Assembly: GCF_050729455.1 (NCBI RefSeq)
Contig: NZ_JBOHLI010000007.1
Location: forward strand, 684-64,683
Reading direction: 5' to 3'
Length of the DNA: 64,000 bases
DNA from: Brevundimonas sp.
GTDB taxonomy: Bacteria; Pseudomonadota; Alphaproteobacteria; Caulobacterales; Caulobacteraceae
A model generated the notes under the pieces. It ran no database searches. It was given only the letters and a program-made list of their open reading frames with translations, and was not told where the DNA came from. The position numbers and the translations under genes are program-made. Below are positions 12,123 through 24,040 of this stretch, piece after piece (positions within the stretch are counted from its first letter, which is position 1; every line of letters begins with the position of its first letter).

Positions 12123-14180
12123 CTAGAAGCGGGCGCGGACCCCCACCACCAGGTTGCGGCCCCGCTGCGGCGCGACTTCGGCCAGGAAGGAGGCGTGGTT
12201 GAACGCCAGTTCGTCCAGCAGGTTGGTCCCGCGCAGGAAGACCTGCGACTTCACGCCCGCCAGTTCAACGTCATAGGCCACGGTGGCGTTGACCATGTTG
12301 TAGCCCGGCGTCTCGCTTTCGAAGGCGGCGATATCGTTCTGCTTGAAGGTGCGGCTGTACTCGACGTCGCCCGACCACGGCCCGGCGAAGGCCTCGGCGC
12401 GGACGCCGACGCGGGCGGCCGGGATACGGGGCAGGTTTCCACCGTCACCCTTCAGCTCGCCGCGCACATAGTCGCCGAACACCGTGGCCGACAGCCAGGG
12501 GGTCAGCTGCTGGCGCACCTCGCCTTCGATGCCGGTGAAGGTCGCGTCGGCCTGGCTGTAGCGGATCAGGCGGAAGTCCTCGAACTGATCCAGCGTTCGG
12601 GCGAAGATGTAGTCGTCATAGATGTAGTGATAGGCGCTGACCGAGGCGGTGGTGGCGCCTGCCGTCTTGCGCAGGGTCAGTTCCAGGGCGTCGGCCGTTT
12701 CGACGTCGAGGCCCGCGTCGCCCATCTCGAACGTGTTGGTCGCCAGGTGGACGCCGTCGGCATAGAGCTCCTGCGCCGAGGGGGCGCGTTGCGAACGCGA
12801 CAGCGACACCGCGCCGGTCCAGCCGGGCATGAAGTGCCAGACCGCCGAACCCGAGATCGAGAAGGGCTTGTGCTCGGCGTCGGGCAGGCCGACGGCCGAG
12901 GCCTCCTGCCATTCCTGACGCAGGGCGCCCTCGAGGTGCCAGTCGCCCAGTTCGTATTCCTCCATCACGAACAGGCCGGTGTTCTTGGTCGTGCTGGGGG
13001 CCAGGAAGCTCTCTTCGCCGATAGCGGCGAAGTCGCTCTTGCTCAGTTGCAGGCCGATCACCCCCTTGAAGCCGGCGATCTCGCGATGCTGGGCCTCGAT
13101 GCGGCCGTCATAACCCTCGTTGGTGAAGGTGGTCGTGACGACGCCCTCGTCGCGTTCGTCGTGGCGATAGTCGGTATAGCCGGCGCGCAGACGGACGTTC
13201 TCGATGCCGGGCAGGGGATCGCTCAGTTCGCCGCGGACATCGACGCGACGGCTCTTCAGCCGCACCTCGGGGACGCCGTGTTCGCCTTCATGGTCGTGAT
13301 CGTGGTCGTCCCCGCCGTCATGCGCGCCGCAATGCAGCGTGTCGCCGTGGGGGTGGCAGCCCTCGAATTCGTGCTCATGTCCGGCCAGTCCATAGCGGCT
13401 GGTCTGTTCGGTATAGGCCGCGCCCAGATAGCCGCGCGCGCCGATGTAGGAGGCGCCCAGGGTCGCTGTCGAGGTCTCGTTGTAGGAGCCGTCCAGGCGC
13501 GGTTCGTCCCGGTCGGGCACCTTGTAGTCGTCGGTCTTGCGGGCAGCGGCTTCGACGCGGACGGCGAAGTTTCCGGCGCCGACGGTCATGCCGACCACGC
13601 CCGCTTCCTCGTTGTCGACCGAGCCGAGTCGGAACTCGGCCACGCCCTCGCCGCCGTTCGCCGGAACGCGGGTGGGGATCTTCTTGTCCAGCAGGTTGAC
13701 CGCCCCGCCGATGGCGCCGCCGCCGTAGAGCAGGGCCGAGGGGCCGCGCAGGATCTCGATGCCTTCCAGCAGCAGGGGCTCGCCGGAAATGGCGTGGTCG
13801 GGCGAGACTTCGGAGGCGTCCATAAGGCCGGCGCCTTCGCTCAGCACCTTGACGCGCGGGGCGGCCTGACCGCGCACCACCGGACGGCTGGCGCCGCCGC
13901 CAAAGGTGTCGGAGTTGACGCCGGGAATGCCGCTGAGGGTGTCGCCCAGGGTCGACTGGCGGCGATGAACCAGGTCGTCGCCGCTCAGCAGGGCGACGTG
14001 CGAGCCCACGTCGTCGCCGGCGCGGCCCAGCGGCAGGGCGCGCACTACGACCTCCGCGATCTCGGTCGGTTCGTCCTGCTGCGCCGTCTGGATGACGTCG
14101 TCAGCCGCGAAGGCAGAGGTCGAGAGGGCGGCGGCCCCGGCGGCGGTCAGCAGGAAGGTTTGAAGTCGCAAGGCACGCAT
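12123..14180 (-). CDS. TonB-dependent receptor, ZnuD-like (His/Asp-rich, Cys-flanked loop)
   Basis: Signal peptide MRALRLQTFLLTAAGAAALSTSAFA, plug motifs, loop HEHEFEGCHPHGDTLHCGAHDGGDDHDHDHEGEHG, C-terminal ...VGVRARF. Confidence 0.85.
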   Translation of the reverse strand: MRALRLQTFLLTAAGAAALSTSAFAADDVIQTAQQDEPTEIAEVVVRALPLGRAGDDVGSHVALLSGDDLVHRRQSTLGDTLSGIPGVNSDTFGGGASRPVVRGQAAPRVKVLSEGAGLMDASEVSPDHAISGEPLLLEGIEILRGPSALLYGGGAIGGAVNLLDKKIPTRVPANGGEGVAEFRLGSVDNEEAGVVGMTVGAGNFAVRVEAAARKTDDYKVPDRDEPRLDGSYNETSTATLGASYIGARGYLGAAYTEQTSRYGLAGHEHEFEGCHPHGDTLHCGAHDGGDDHDHDHEGEHGVPEVRLKSRRVDVRGELSDPLPGIENVRLRAGYTDYRHDERDEGVVTTTFTNEGYDGRIEAQHREIAGFKGVIGLQLSKSDFAAIGEESFLAPSTTKNTGLFVMEEYELGDWHLEGALRQEWQEASAVGLPDAEHKPFSISGSAVWHFMPGWTGAVSLSRSQRAPSAQELYADGVHLATNTFEMGDAGLDVETADALELTLRKTAGATTASVSAYHYIYDDYIFARTLDQFEDFRLIRYSQADATFTGIEGEVRQQLTPWLSATVFGDYVRGELKGDGGNLPRIPAARVGVRAEAFAGPWSGDVEYSRTFKQNDIAAFESETPGYNMVNATVAYDVELAGVKSQVFLRGTNLLDELAFNHASFLAEVAPQRGRNLVVGVRARF

Positions 14181-14203
14181 CCCCGTTACAATGTCGCGGA
14201 CTT

Positions 14204-14221
14204 GATATGTTATAGTGTATC
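14204..14221. promoter_or_regulatory. Candidate Zur box
   Basis: GATATGTTATAGTGTATC is an imperfect palindrome (12/18 self-complementary by hand) with the ATGTTATA core of Zur operators. It lies 24-41 nt upstream of the ZnuD-like start, in a divergent intergenic region. Confidence 0.45.
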
Positions 14222-14310
14222 ACTACGCAACCGCCTCGCTGCATTTCCTTGCAAGCGGAGCCTTTGGCGCAGAGCGGCGTTCGGACGGGACGCTGTCAGA
14301 GAGGCCGCCC

Positions 14311-15165
14311 GTGAGCCGGTTCGCCGTTGCGTTGATGTCTTGTCTCGGGGTGACCGTGGCCGCCTGTTCGCAAGAGCCGACGCCCACGCCTTCGGCCCCG
14401 GTCGAGGCGCCGGGCAGTCCGCCCGCCGCCGTCGGCTACGCCTGTGAGAGCGGCAAGGTCGTCACCGTGACCTACCCGGATACGGAGACGGCGCGGGTTT
14501 CCTACGACGGGCGTGACTACTTCCTGACCAGTTCGGTCTCGGCCAGCGGCGCCCGCTACGCCGGGCAGGGGCTGGAATGGTGGACCGCCAGCCGCAACGG
14601 GCAAGAGAGCGGAACCCTCAGCCGACTGGGCGCGAACCCCCAGGCCGCCGCGACGGTGATCGAGCGCTGCAGCCGTCCTGTCCCGGTCCTGGCCCCGGCG
14701 CCGGTCGCCCCTTGTGTCGGCGCCGACCTGAAGCTGTCGGTCGAGGGCGGGGATGCGGGCATGGGTAATCGCGTCACCACCCTGGGTCTTCAGAACGTCG
14801 GGACAGGCGTCTGCACCCTGACCGGCTATCCGACCGTGACCCTGGCCAACGCACATGGCGGCGCCCTGACGGCAGTTAAGGCGGTGCAGGAGCCGGGCAA
14901 TTACTTCACGCAAGGAACGGCCCCGACGTCGGTCCTGTTGAAACCACAAGCCAAGGCTTATTTCGATGTGGCCTGGAACGTCGTGCCGCATGAATCCGAG
15001 GGCGAGAAGGCCTGCCCCGAGGTCAAGGCCCTGCGTCTGGCCCCGCCCGGTGACACGGCTCTGGTCAGCCTGCCGCTGGCCCTGACCCCGTGCGGGCGGC
15101 AAATTCGTGTCGGCCCGTTTCGTCCGGTCGTCGACGCTTCGGCCGGACCTGCCCCTGCGGCCTGA
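14311..15165 (+). CDS. Lipoprotein with an MliC-like N-terminal domain and a DUF4232-like C-terminal domain
   Basis: GTG 14311 after GAGAGG gives VSRFAVALMSCLGVTVAAC (lipobox). YACESGKVVTVTYPDTETARVSYDGRDYFLTSSVSASGARYAGQGLEWW resembles MliC. The upstream part of the track ORF overlaps the Zur box and looks non-coding. Confidence 0.7.
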   Translation: MSRFAVALMSCLGVTVAACSQEPTPTPSAPVEAPGSPPAAVGYACESGKVVTVTYPDTETARVSYDGRDYFLTSSVSASGARYAGQGLEWWTASRNGQESGTLSRLGANPQAAATVIERCSRPVPVLAPAPVAPCVGADLKLSVEGGDAGMGNRVTTLGLQNVGTGVCTLTGYPTVTLANAHGGALTAVKAVQEPGNYFTQGTAPTSVLLKPQAKAYFDVAWNVVPHESEGEKACPEVKALRLAPPGDTALVSLPLALTPCGRQIRVGPFRPVVDASAGPAPAA

Positions 15166-15210
15166 AATCAGGGGTTCAAACCTGCCTGAATTCAGCGTAG
15201 CGGAGAAATC

Positions 15211-16413
15211 ATGACCCAGAGCACCAATACGGCCTTCTACGACCGCATCTCCGCCGAACTGGCTGACATCGACGCCCAGGGCCTGACCAAGCCCGAGCGC
15301 GTCATCGCCTCGCGTCAGGGGCCGGTGATCTCAGTGAACGGCCGCGACGTCCTGAACTTCTGCGCCAACAACTACCTCGGCCTGGCCGGCGACGAGCGCG
15401 TCACCCAGGCGGGCATCAAGGCGATGGAGAAGTGGGGCGCGGGCACGGCCTCGGTCCGCTTCATCTGCGGCACTCTGGAGATCCACAAGGAGCTGGAACG
15501 CGCCATCGCCGACTATCTCGGCTTTGAAGACACGATCCTGTTCGCCGCCGCCTTCGACGCCAACGGCGGCATCTTCGAGCCCCTGTTCACCGAGGCCGAC
15601 GCCATCGTCTCGGACAGCCTGAACCACGCCTCGATCATCGACGGCGTGCGCCTGTGCAAGGCCAAGCGCTATCGTTTCGCCACCTCGGACATGGCTGATC
15701 TGGAGGCCCAGCTGAAGCAGGCCCGGGCCGACGGCGCGCGCGAGATCATCATCGCCACCGACGGCGCCTTCTCGATGGACGGCTATGTCGCCAAGCTGAA
15801 GGACATCCGCGCCCTGGCCGACCAGTACGGCGCCCTGATCATGGTCGACGACTGCCACGCCACCGGCTTCATGGGCGACAAGGGGCGCGGCTCCTACGCC
15901 CATTGCGGCGTCGAGGTGGACTTCGTCACCGGCACCTTTGGCAAGGCCCTGGGCGGCGCCATGGGCGGCTTCATCTGCGCCAAGGCTAATGTCGTGGCCC
16001 TGCTGAAGCAGCGCGCGCGGCCCTACCTCTTCTCCAACGCCCTGGCGCCCGCCGTCTGCGGCTCGTCGCTGGAAGCCATCCGCATCGCCGCCGGCGAAGA
16101 GGGCGACGCCCTGCGCGCCCAGCTGTTCGCCAACGCCGCGCGCTTCCGCTCGGCCATGACGGCGGCGGGCTTTACGCTTCAGCCGGGCGAGCACCCGATC
16201 ATCCCGGTCATGCTGGGCGACGCCAAGCTGGCGCAGGACATGGCGGCGCGGATGCTGGAGCTGGGCGTCTATGTCATCGGCTTCTCGTTCCCGGTGGTGC
16301 CGCGCGGCCAGGCCCGCATCCGCACGCAGATGTCGGCGGCGCACACCTTTGAACAGATCGACGCCGCCGTGGCGGCGTTCACCCAGGCGGGCAAGGAACT
16401 GGGCGTCATCTGA
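15211..16413 (+). CDS. kbl: Glycine C-acetyltransferase (2-amino-3-ketobutyrate CoA ligase)
   Basis: PLP alpha-oxoamine synthase family: ...NFCANNYLGLAGDERV...TFGKALGGAMGGF... Confidence 0.93.
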   Translation: MTQSTNTAFYDRISAELADIDAQGLTKPERVIASRQGPVISVNGRDVLNFCANNYLGLAGDERVTQAGIKAMEKWGAGTASVRFICGTLEIHKELERAIADYLGFEDTILFAAAFDANGGIFEPLFTEADAIVSDSLNHASIIDGVRLCKAKRYRFATSDMADLEAQLKQARADGAREIIIATDGAFSMDGYVAKLKDIRALADQYGALIMVDDCHATGFMGDKGRGSYAHCGVEVDFVTGTFGKALGGAMGGFICAKANVVALLKQRARPYLFSNALAPAVCGSSLEAIRIAAGEEGDALRAQLFANAARFRSAMTAAGFTLQPGEHPIIPVMLGDAKLAQDMAARMLELGVYVIGFSFPVVPRGQARIRTQMSAAHTFEQIDAAVAAFTQAGKELGVI

Positions 16414-16427
16414 CGCGGGATCTGGAA

Positions 16428-16727
16428 ATGGAAGCGCATATCGACGGGCGGACAATCAAAACCACCGACGATTTCTATGAGGCTTTTGCCAGGATCGAAG
16501 GGGTGCCGAATTGGTTCGGTCGAAACCTCGACGCCCTGTGGGACACGGTGACAGGTCTGCTGGAAAAGCCGGTCACCCTAGACTGGCGGAATTTCCAAGC
16601 TTCCAGAGATGCAATGGGGCCTGACTTCGAGACGCTCATTGAGCTTCTCCTTCAGGCTCAGGCAGAGACGGCCTCAGCCCCCGACCGTGTAAGATTTGAA
16701 CTGAAGCTCGACGGCCAGCCCGGCTAG
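16428..16727 (+). CDS. Barstar-family ribonuclease inhibitor
   Basis: WFGRNLDALWDTVTGLLEKPVTLDWRNFQASR aligns by eye with Bacillus barstar [32 protein letters not shown]. 99 aa. Confidence 0.88.
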   Translation: MEAHIDGRTIKTTDDFYEAFARIEGVPNWFGRNLDALWDTVTGLLEKPVTLDWRNFQASRDAMGPDFETLIELLLQAQAETASAPDRVRFELKLDGQPG

Positions 16728-16754
16728 GGCTGCGCGAGTGGGAGAAATGAACTG

Positions 16755-17801
16755 ATGACCCAATCCATGAAGGCCCTGGCCAAGACCAAGCCGGGCGTGG
16801 GCCTCGAGATGATCGACGCCCCCATCCCCGTCGCTGGCGACGAGGACGTGCTGATCAAGGTGCACCGCACCGCCGTCTGCGGCACCGACATCCACATCTG
16901 GAACTGGGACGAGTGGTCCCAGAAGAACGTCCCGGTGCCGATGATCACCGGGCATGAGTTCGCCGGCGAGATCGTCGCCATCGGCAAGGACGTGGATCGC
17001 CGTCTCAAGGTCGGCCAGCGCGTCTCGGCCGAGGGTCACGTCATCGACCTGAACTCCGAAGCGGCCCGCGCCGGTCACTTCCACCTGGACCCCGACACGC
17101 GCGGCATCGGCGTGAACCGTCAGGGCGCCTTCGCCGAGTTCGTCGTGGCCCCGGCCTTCAACGTCATCGAGCTGCCCGACGACGTCCCCTATGAGATCGG
17201 CTCGATCCTGGACCCGTTCGGCAACGCCGTGCACACGGCGCAGCAGTTCGACCTGCTGGGCGAGGACGTGCTGGTCACCGGCGCCGGCCCCATCGGCATG
17301 ATGGCCGCCGCCGTGGCGCGCCACGCGGGCGCCCGCACTGTGGTCCTGACCGATATCAACGACTTCCGCCTGGAACTTGCGCAAAAGGTTGCGCCGGGCG
17401 TACGCACGGTCAACACCACCAAGGAAGACCTGCGCGACGTCATGCACGAGCTGGGCCTGAAGGTCGGCTTCGACGTGGCGCTGGAGATGTCGGGTTCGCC
17501 CATCGCCTTCAAGCAGTGCGTCGACACCCTGATCATGGGCGGCGGCATGGCCATGCTGGGCATTCCGTCCAAGCCCATGGAAACCGATTGGGGCACGATC
17601 ATCCTGAAGGCCCTGACCATCAAGGGCGTCTATGGGCGTGAGATGTTCACCACCTGGCGCAAGATGCTGGGCCTGCTGAAGGCCGGTCTAGACCTGACGC
17701 CGCTGATCACTCACCAGATGCCCTATCAGGACTTCGAGGCGGGCTTCGAGGCCATGAAGTCCGGCCAGTCCGGCAAGGTCGTCCTGAACTGGGCCGACTG
17801 A
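16755..17801 (+). CDS. tdh: L-threonine 3-dehydrogenase (zinc MDR family)
   Basis: MKALAKTKPGVGLEMIDAPIPV...AVCGTDIHIWNWDEWSQKNVPVPMITGHEFAGEIV. Confidence 0.93.
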   Translation: MTQSMKALAKTKPGVGLEMIDAPIPVAGDEDVLIKVHRTAVCGTDIHIWNWDEWSQKNVPVPMITGHEFAGEIVAIGKDVDRRLKVGQRVSAEGHVIDLNSEAARAGHFHLDPDTRGIGVNRQGAFAEFVVAPAFNVIELPDDVPYEIGSILDPFGNAVHTAQQFDLLGEDVLVTGAGPIGMMAAAVARHAGARTVVLTDINDFRLELAQKVAPGVRTVNTTKEDLRDVMHELGLKVGFDVALEMSGSPIAFKQCVDTLIMGGGMAMLGIPSKPMETDWGTIILKALTIKGVYGREMFTTWRKMLGLLKAGLDLTPLITHQMPYQDFEAGFEAMKSGQSGKVVLNWAD

Positions 17802-17825
17802 TCGTGTTCTGAGGCGTGAAGCCGA

Positions 17826-17852
17826 GGCCCCCTGACCGCAAGGCAGGGGGCC
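17826..17852. terminator. GC-rich hairpin between convergent tdh and the membrane-protein gene
   Basis: GGCCCCCTG-ACCGCAAGG-CAGGGGGCC; weak T tails on both sides. Confidence 0.5.
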
Positions 17853-17860
17853 TTATGGTA

Positions 17861-18259
17861 TCAGGCCTGGGCCGAGCGCGGGCCGGTGGCGCGGAAGACG
17901 ATGATCGCGAACAACACCATGCCCAGCAGGATCACCAGGCCCGACAGGGCCACCACGGGCTGGGCCAGGGCCAGGGCCGGTTGATACTGGATCAGCACGA
18001 TGGGAAGGCTGGGGACCATCATCACCACGCCCGTCACGGCGACCCAGAAATGCGCCCAGGCCAGCCTGCCCCGTCCGGCCTGCGGCACGATGCGATAGAA
18101 CAGGCCGTAGATCGACATCGACACCCAGCCCAGCAGGTTCAGGTGGGCGTGGGCGCTCTCGGTCGAATGATCATGGGTCGCGCCCATGACGTTGCCCCAG
18201 ATCATGCCGATCAGGGCGGCCACGACGGCAAGGCGCAAGAAGAGGTTCGACAGGGTCAT
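17861..18259 (-). CDS. Small polytopic membrane protein, unknown function
   Basis: About four hydrophobic helices. His-rich motif HDHSTESAHAHLNLLGWVSM is reminiscent of a haem-copper oxidase subunit I helix. Confidence 0.6.
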   Translation of the reverse strand: MTLSNLFLRLAVVAALIGMIWGNVMGATHDHSTESAHAHLNLLGWVSMSIYGLFYRIVPQAGRGRLAWAHFWVAVTGVVMMVPSLPIVLIQYQPALALAQPVVALSGLVILLGMVLFAIIVFRATGPRSAQA

Positions 18260-18457
18260 GCGATCGCTCCAGTTTCGGGCGCTGCTTGCTCCATGGATAA
18301 CACTGGTCGATCATTTTATCCAATCTGTCGTGCCGCAAGGGTCCGCATCAGCGGGCAGGGCGGCATGATCTCTGGTCTCGAACATCGCGAACATGCGGCG
18401 GCCGAGGGTTCCGCTATTCGACTTGACCGCGCGGGCTGGGCGGGGGACGGAGCGGGC

Positions 18458-19279
18458 ATGAACTATCGTCACAGCTTTCACGCCGGAAATTTCGCCGACC
18501 TGGTCAAGCACACCCTGGTGCTCTGGCTGCTGAAGGAGCGGCAGGCCAAAGGGCCGGTCACAGTCATCGACACCCATGCGGGTGCGGGCGTCTATGACCT
18601 GTCGGGCGACGGCGCGCGGTCGCGAGAGGCCGAGGCGGGCGTGGCGCGGCTGATGACCGCCGAGGACCGTCCGCCGCTGATCGAGGCCCTGGCGGCTGAG
18701 GTCGCGGCGCTGAACCCTGACGGCGGCGCGCGCTTCTATCCCGGCTCGCCGCTGTTGATCGCACGGGCGCTGCGTGACGGCGACCGCTACCTGGGGTTCG
18801 AGTTCAACCCGCCGGTCCAGGAAATGCTGGCCGAGGCCCTGGCCGACCAGCCGGCCGCTGAGGGGCATCAGGGCGACGGCTATGTCGAGGCGCTGAAGGC
18901 GGCGCGGACGATCAAGGGGCCGCTGGTCCTGATCGATCCGCCGTTCGAACGGCCCGACGACTATGTGCGCTCGGCCGAGACCGCCGCGGCCATCCTGCGC
19001 CATGACCACACGGCGACAGTGGCGATCTGGACCCCGCTGAAGGACATGGAGACCTTCGACGGCTTCATCCGCCGACTGGAAGAGGCCAGGGTCGGCCGGG
19101 TGCTGGTGGCCGAGGCGCGCCTGCGGCCGCTGAACAATCCGATGAAGATGAACGGCTGCACGATGACGGTGGTCAATCCGCCGCCGGGCGCCGAGGCCGC
19201 GGCGGCGGAGATCTGCGGCTGGGTGGCGACGACGCTGGGCGAAGCGGGCACCAAGGCCGAGGTCTGGACCGCAGGTTAG
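18458..19279 (+). CDS. rlmJ: 23S rRNA (adenine2030-N6)-methyltransferase
   Basis: MNYRHSFHAGNFADLVKHTLVLWLL...IDTHAGAGVYDL...LIDPPFE. The track ORF start at 17816 is an antisense extension. Confidence 0.85.
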   Translation: MNYRHSFHAGNFADLVKHTLVLWLLKERQAKGPVTVIDTHAGAGVYDLSGDGARSREAEAGVARLMTAEDRPPLIEALAAEVAALNPDGGARFYPGSPLLIARALRDGDRYLGFEFNPPVQEMLAEALADQPAAEGHQGDGYVEALKAARTIKGPLVLIDPPFERPDDYVRSAETAAAILRHDHTATVAIWTPLKDMETFDGFIRRLEEARVGRVLVAEARLRPLNNPMKMNGCTMTVVNPPPGAEAAAAEICGWVATTLGEAGTKAEVWTAG

Positions 19280-19593
19280 GCCTCGACCACCTCGCCCGGC
19301 TCATAGAGGTGAGGCTCGAAGGTGGCGATGGCCAGGATCGGTTCCATGGCCGCCACCACGTCGGGATGGCGGGTCATGGCCTTCCATTCCGGGGCGCTGG
19401 ACCAGACGGCGTGATTGGCGACGACCCGCCCGTTCAGGCCGCGATGCAGGGTCGCCGAGACGAAGCCGGGCAGGAGCCGCTGCACCTGCGCCAATGTCGC
19501 CAGATGCTCGATCAGATCGTTCTGACGGCGCGCGTCGCACTTGAAGATATTGATCAGGATGATCGGGGAATCGGCGTGCGCGTCGGCGGTCAT
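19276..19593 (-). CDS. Antibiotic-biosynthesis-monooxygenase (ABM) fold protein
   Basis: 105 aa. IILINIFKCD...GFVSATLHRGLNGRVVANHAVWSS..W.AM pattern typical of ABM domains. Confidence 0.7.
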   Translation of the reverse strand: MTADAHADSPIILINIFKCDARRQNDLIEHLATLAQVQRLLPGFVSATLHRGLNGRVVANHAVWSSAPEWKAMTRHPDVVAAMEPILAIATFEPHLYEPGEVVEA

Positions 19594-19676
19594 GAAGGGC
19601 GGCCTCGTTGCAATCGCCTGACTTCTACCCCAATCCAGAGACAGACGCTTCCTTCTCCCCGCTGGAAAACGCCGAA

Positions 19677-20408
19677 ATGACCCGTATCGCCATTCTGGAA
19701 ACCGGCCACCCGCCCGAGCATCTGCGGGACGCCTTCGACGACTATCCCGCGCGCTTTCGCGCCCTGCTGGGCGAGAACGTGCCGACGGTGCGGTTCGACG
19801 TGCAGTCGGGGCATCTGCCGGAAGATCCGTCGATCTTTACCGGGGCCATCGTCACGGGGTCGGCGGCGGGGGTCTATGACGACCTGCCGTGGATTTCGCC
19901 CCTGGTGGACTGGCTGCGGGCGGCGCGGGGCCAGACGCGGCTGTTGGGCATCTGCTTCGGCCATCAGGTTCTGGCCCACGCGTTCGGCGGCAGGGTCGAG
20001 AAGTCGCACAAGGGCTGGGGCGTCGGCCTGCACCGCTACGACGTGATGTCGCATGAGCCGTGGATGCATCCGCGCGCGCCCTCCATCGCCATTCCGGTGT
20101 CGCATCAGGATCAGGTGGTCGAGGCGCCGAGCGACGCGCGGGTGATCGCCTCCAGCCCCTTCACCCCCTACGCCGGTCTGGCCTGGGGCGAGGAGGCGGT
20201 CAGCTTCCAGTGCCACCCCGAGTTCCAGCCCGCCTACGCCGCCGCCCTGATCGAGGGGCGGCGCGGGCATCGCATCCCGCATGACCTGGCGGACGAGGCC
20301 CTGCTGAGCCTGGAAGGCGCCAATGACCGCGCCGTGCTGACGGCCTGGATCAGGGCCTATCTGCTGCTGACCCCGCCGCCGGTCGAGGCCGACGGCAGCG
20401 GCATCTGA
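19677..20408 (+). CDS. Class I glutamine amidotransferase-like protein
   Basis: MTRIAILETGHPPEHL...LLGICFGHQVLAHAFGG (nucleophile elbow GxCxGxQ)...FQCHPEF. Confidence 0.8.
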   Translation: MTRIAILETGHPPEHLRDAFDDYPARFRALLGENVPTVRFDVQSGHLPEDPSIFTGAIVTGSAAGVYDDLPWISPLVDWLRAARGQTRLLGICFGHQVLAHAFGGRVEKSHKGWGVGLHRYDVMSHEPWMHPRAPSIAIPVSHQDQVVEAPSDARVIASSPFTPYAGLAWGEEAVSFQCHPEFQPAYAAALIEGRRGHRIPHDLADEALLSLEGANDRAVLTAWIRAYLLLTPPPVEADGSGI

Positions 20409-20492
20409 GCGGCGGACTTCACCTCGTTCGTTGAACGCTAAACCTTGCTCAACTTCTGTCGTGCCAATCTGAAACGTCAGTTTGGAAACACC

Positions 20493-22991
<2,499 letters not shown>

Positions 22992-23006
22992 CGTCGGCTC
23001 AGGCCG

Positions 23007-23900
23007 CTACGGCCACTTCACCACCGGCGGCATGGAGCTGAGGATCGACTCGACGTTGCCGCCGGTCTTCAGCCCGAACATGGTGCCGCGGTCGTAGAGC
23101 AGGTTGAACTCGACGTAGCGGCCGCGCCGGATCAGCTGTTCCTCGCGTTCTTCCGGCGTCCAGGCCTCGGTCATACGGCCCGAAACGATCCTTGAATAGA
23201 CCTCGAGGAAGGCCTTGCCGACATCCTGGGTGAAGGCGAAGTCGCGTTCCCAGTCGCCGCTGTCGTGGTGGTCGTAGAAGATGCCGCCGGTGCCGCGCGG
23301 CTCGTTGCGGTGGGGCAGGAAGAAGTATTCGTCGCACCACTGCTTGTACTTGGCGTGCCACGCCGGGTCGTAGGCGTCGCAGGCGCCCTTCATGGCGGCA
23401 TGGAAGGCGAGGGTGTCCGGGTGGTCCTGACGGCGATCCGAGTCCAGCACCGGCGTCAGGTCGCCGCCGCCGCCGAACCAGGTCTTGGTGGTCGAAATCA
23501 GGCGGGTGTTCATGTGCACGGCTGGCACGCGCGGGCTGACCGGGTGGCAGATCAGGCTGATGCCGGTGGCGTAGAAGCGCGGGTCTTCCTCGGCGCCGGG
23601 CACATTCTTCGCATAGTCGGCGGGGAAGGTTCCGTGAACCGTCGAGCAGTGAACGCCGACCTTCTCAAACAGACGCCCGTGCATCATGCCCATGACGCCG
23701 CCGCCGCCTTCCTTGCGGTCCCAGGGCGTGCGCACGAACCGGCCGGCCTCGCCGGGGAAGAGGTCGGCGGGGGCGGCGTCCTCCAGGGCCTCGAAACCGG
23801 CGTGAATCTGATCGCGCAGGGTCTCGAACCAGACGCGGGCGCGCTCGCGATGCTCGACCATCAGGGTGGGGGTCTCTTGGATCATCAGGGCTTCAACCAT
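23007..23900 (-). CDS. hemF: Oxygen-dependent coproporphyrinogen III oxidase
   Basis: ...[31 protein letters not shown]...FGGGGDLTP...[13 protein letters not shown]... Confidence 0.93.
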   Translation of the reverse strand: MVEALMIQETPTLMVEHRERARVWFETLRDQIHAGFEALEDAAPADLFPGEAGRFVRTPWDRKEGGGGVMGMMHGRLFEKVGVHCSTVHGTFPADYAKNVPGAEEDPRFYATGISLICHPVSPRVPAVHMNTRLISTTKTWFGGGGDLTPVLDSDRRQDHPDTLAFHAAMKGACDAYDPAWHAKYKQWCDEYFFLPHRNEPRGTGGIFYDHHDSGDWERDFAFTQDVGKAFLEVYSRIVSGRMTEAWTPEEREEQLIRRGRYVEFNLLYDRGTMFGLKTGGNVESILSSMPPVVKWP

Positions 23901-23964
23901 GACGGACGGCCTTTGTGAACAGTGTGCGGTGCGCGCTTCATGCGCCCCGGCTCAAAAGAGGGCC

Positions 23965-23978
23965 TTGATCCAGATCAG
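23965..23978. promoter_or_regulatory. Candidate FNR/FixK-type box
   Basis: TTGATCCAGATCAG against the TTGAT-N4-ATCAA consensus (9/10), 65 nt upstream of the hemF start, in the divergent hemF/dipeptidase spacer. Confidence 0.4.
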
Positions 23979-24040
23979 CCCCGGTTTCCATGCCGCGCCG
24001 CCTGTGCCAGCGTGGCCGTATCAGTATTGAGGGGACCCCC

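Noticed and set aside
9316-14447. Plus-strand ORFs 9316-10632, 11074-11967 and 12195-14447 (750 aa).
   Set aside because: They are antisense to two TonB-dependent receptors that have signal peptides, plug motifs and terminal aromatic residues. They are shadow ORFs.
17816-18457. The 5' 214 codons of track ORF 17816-19279 as an N-terminal extension of RlmJ.
   Set aside because: This part is antisense to the membrane-protein gene and spans the intergenic region. RlmJ homology begins exactly at MNYRHSFHAGNFADL (ATG 18458).
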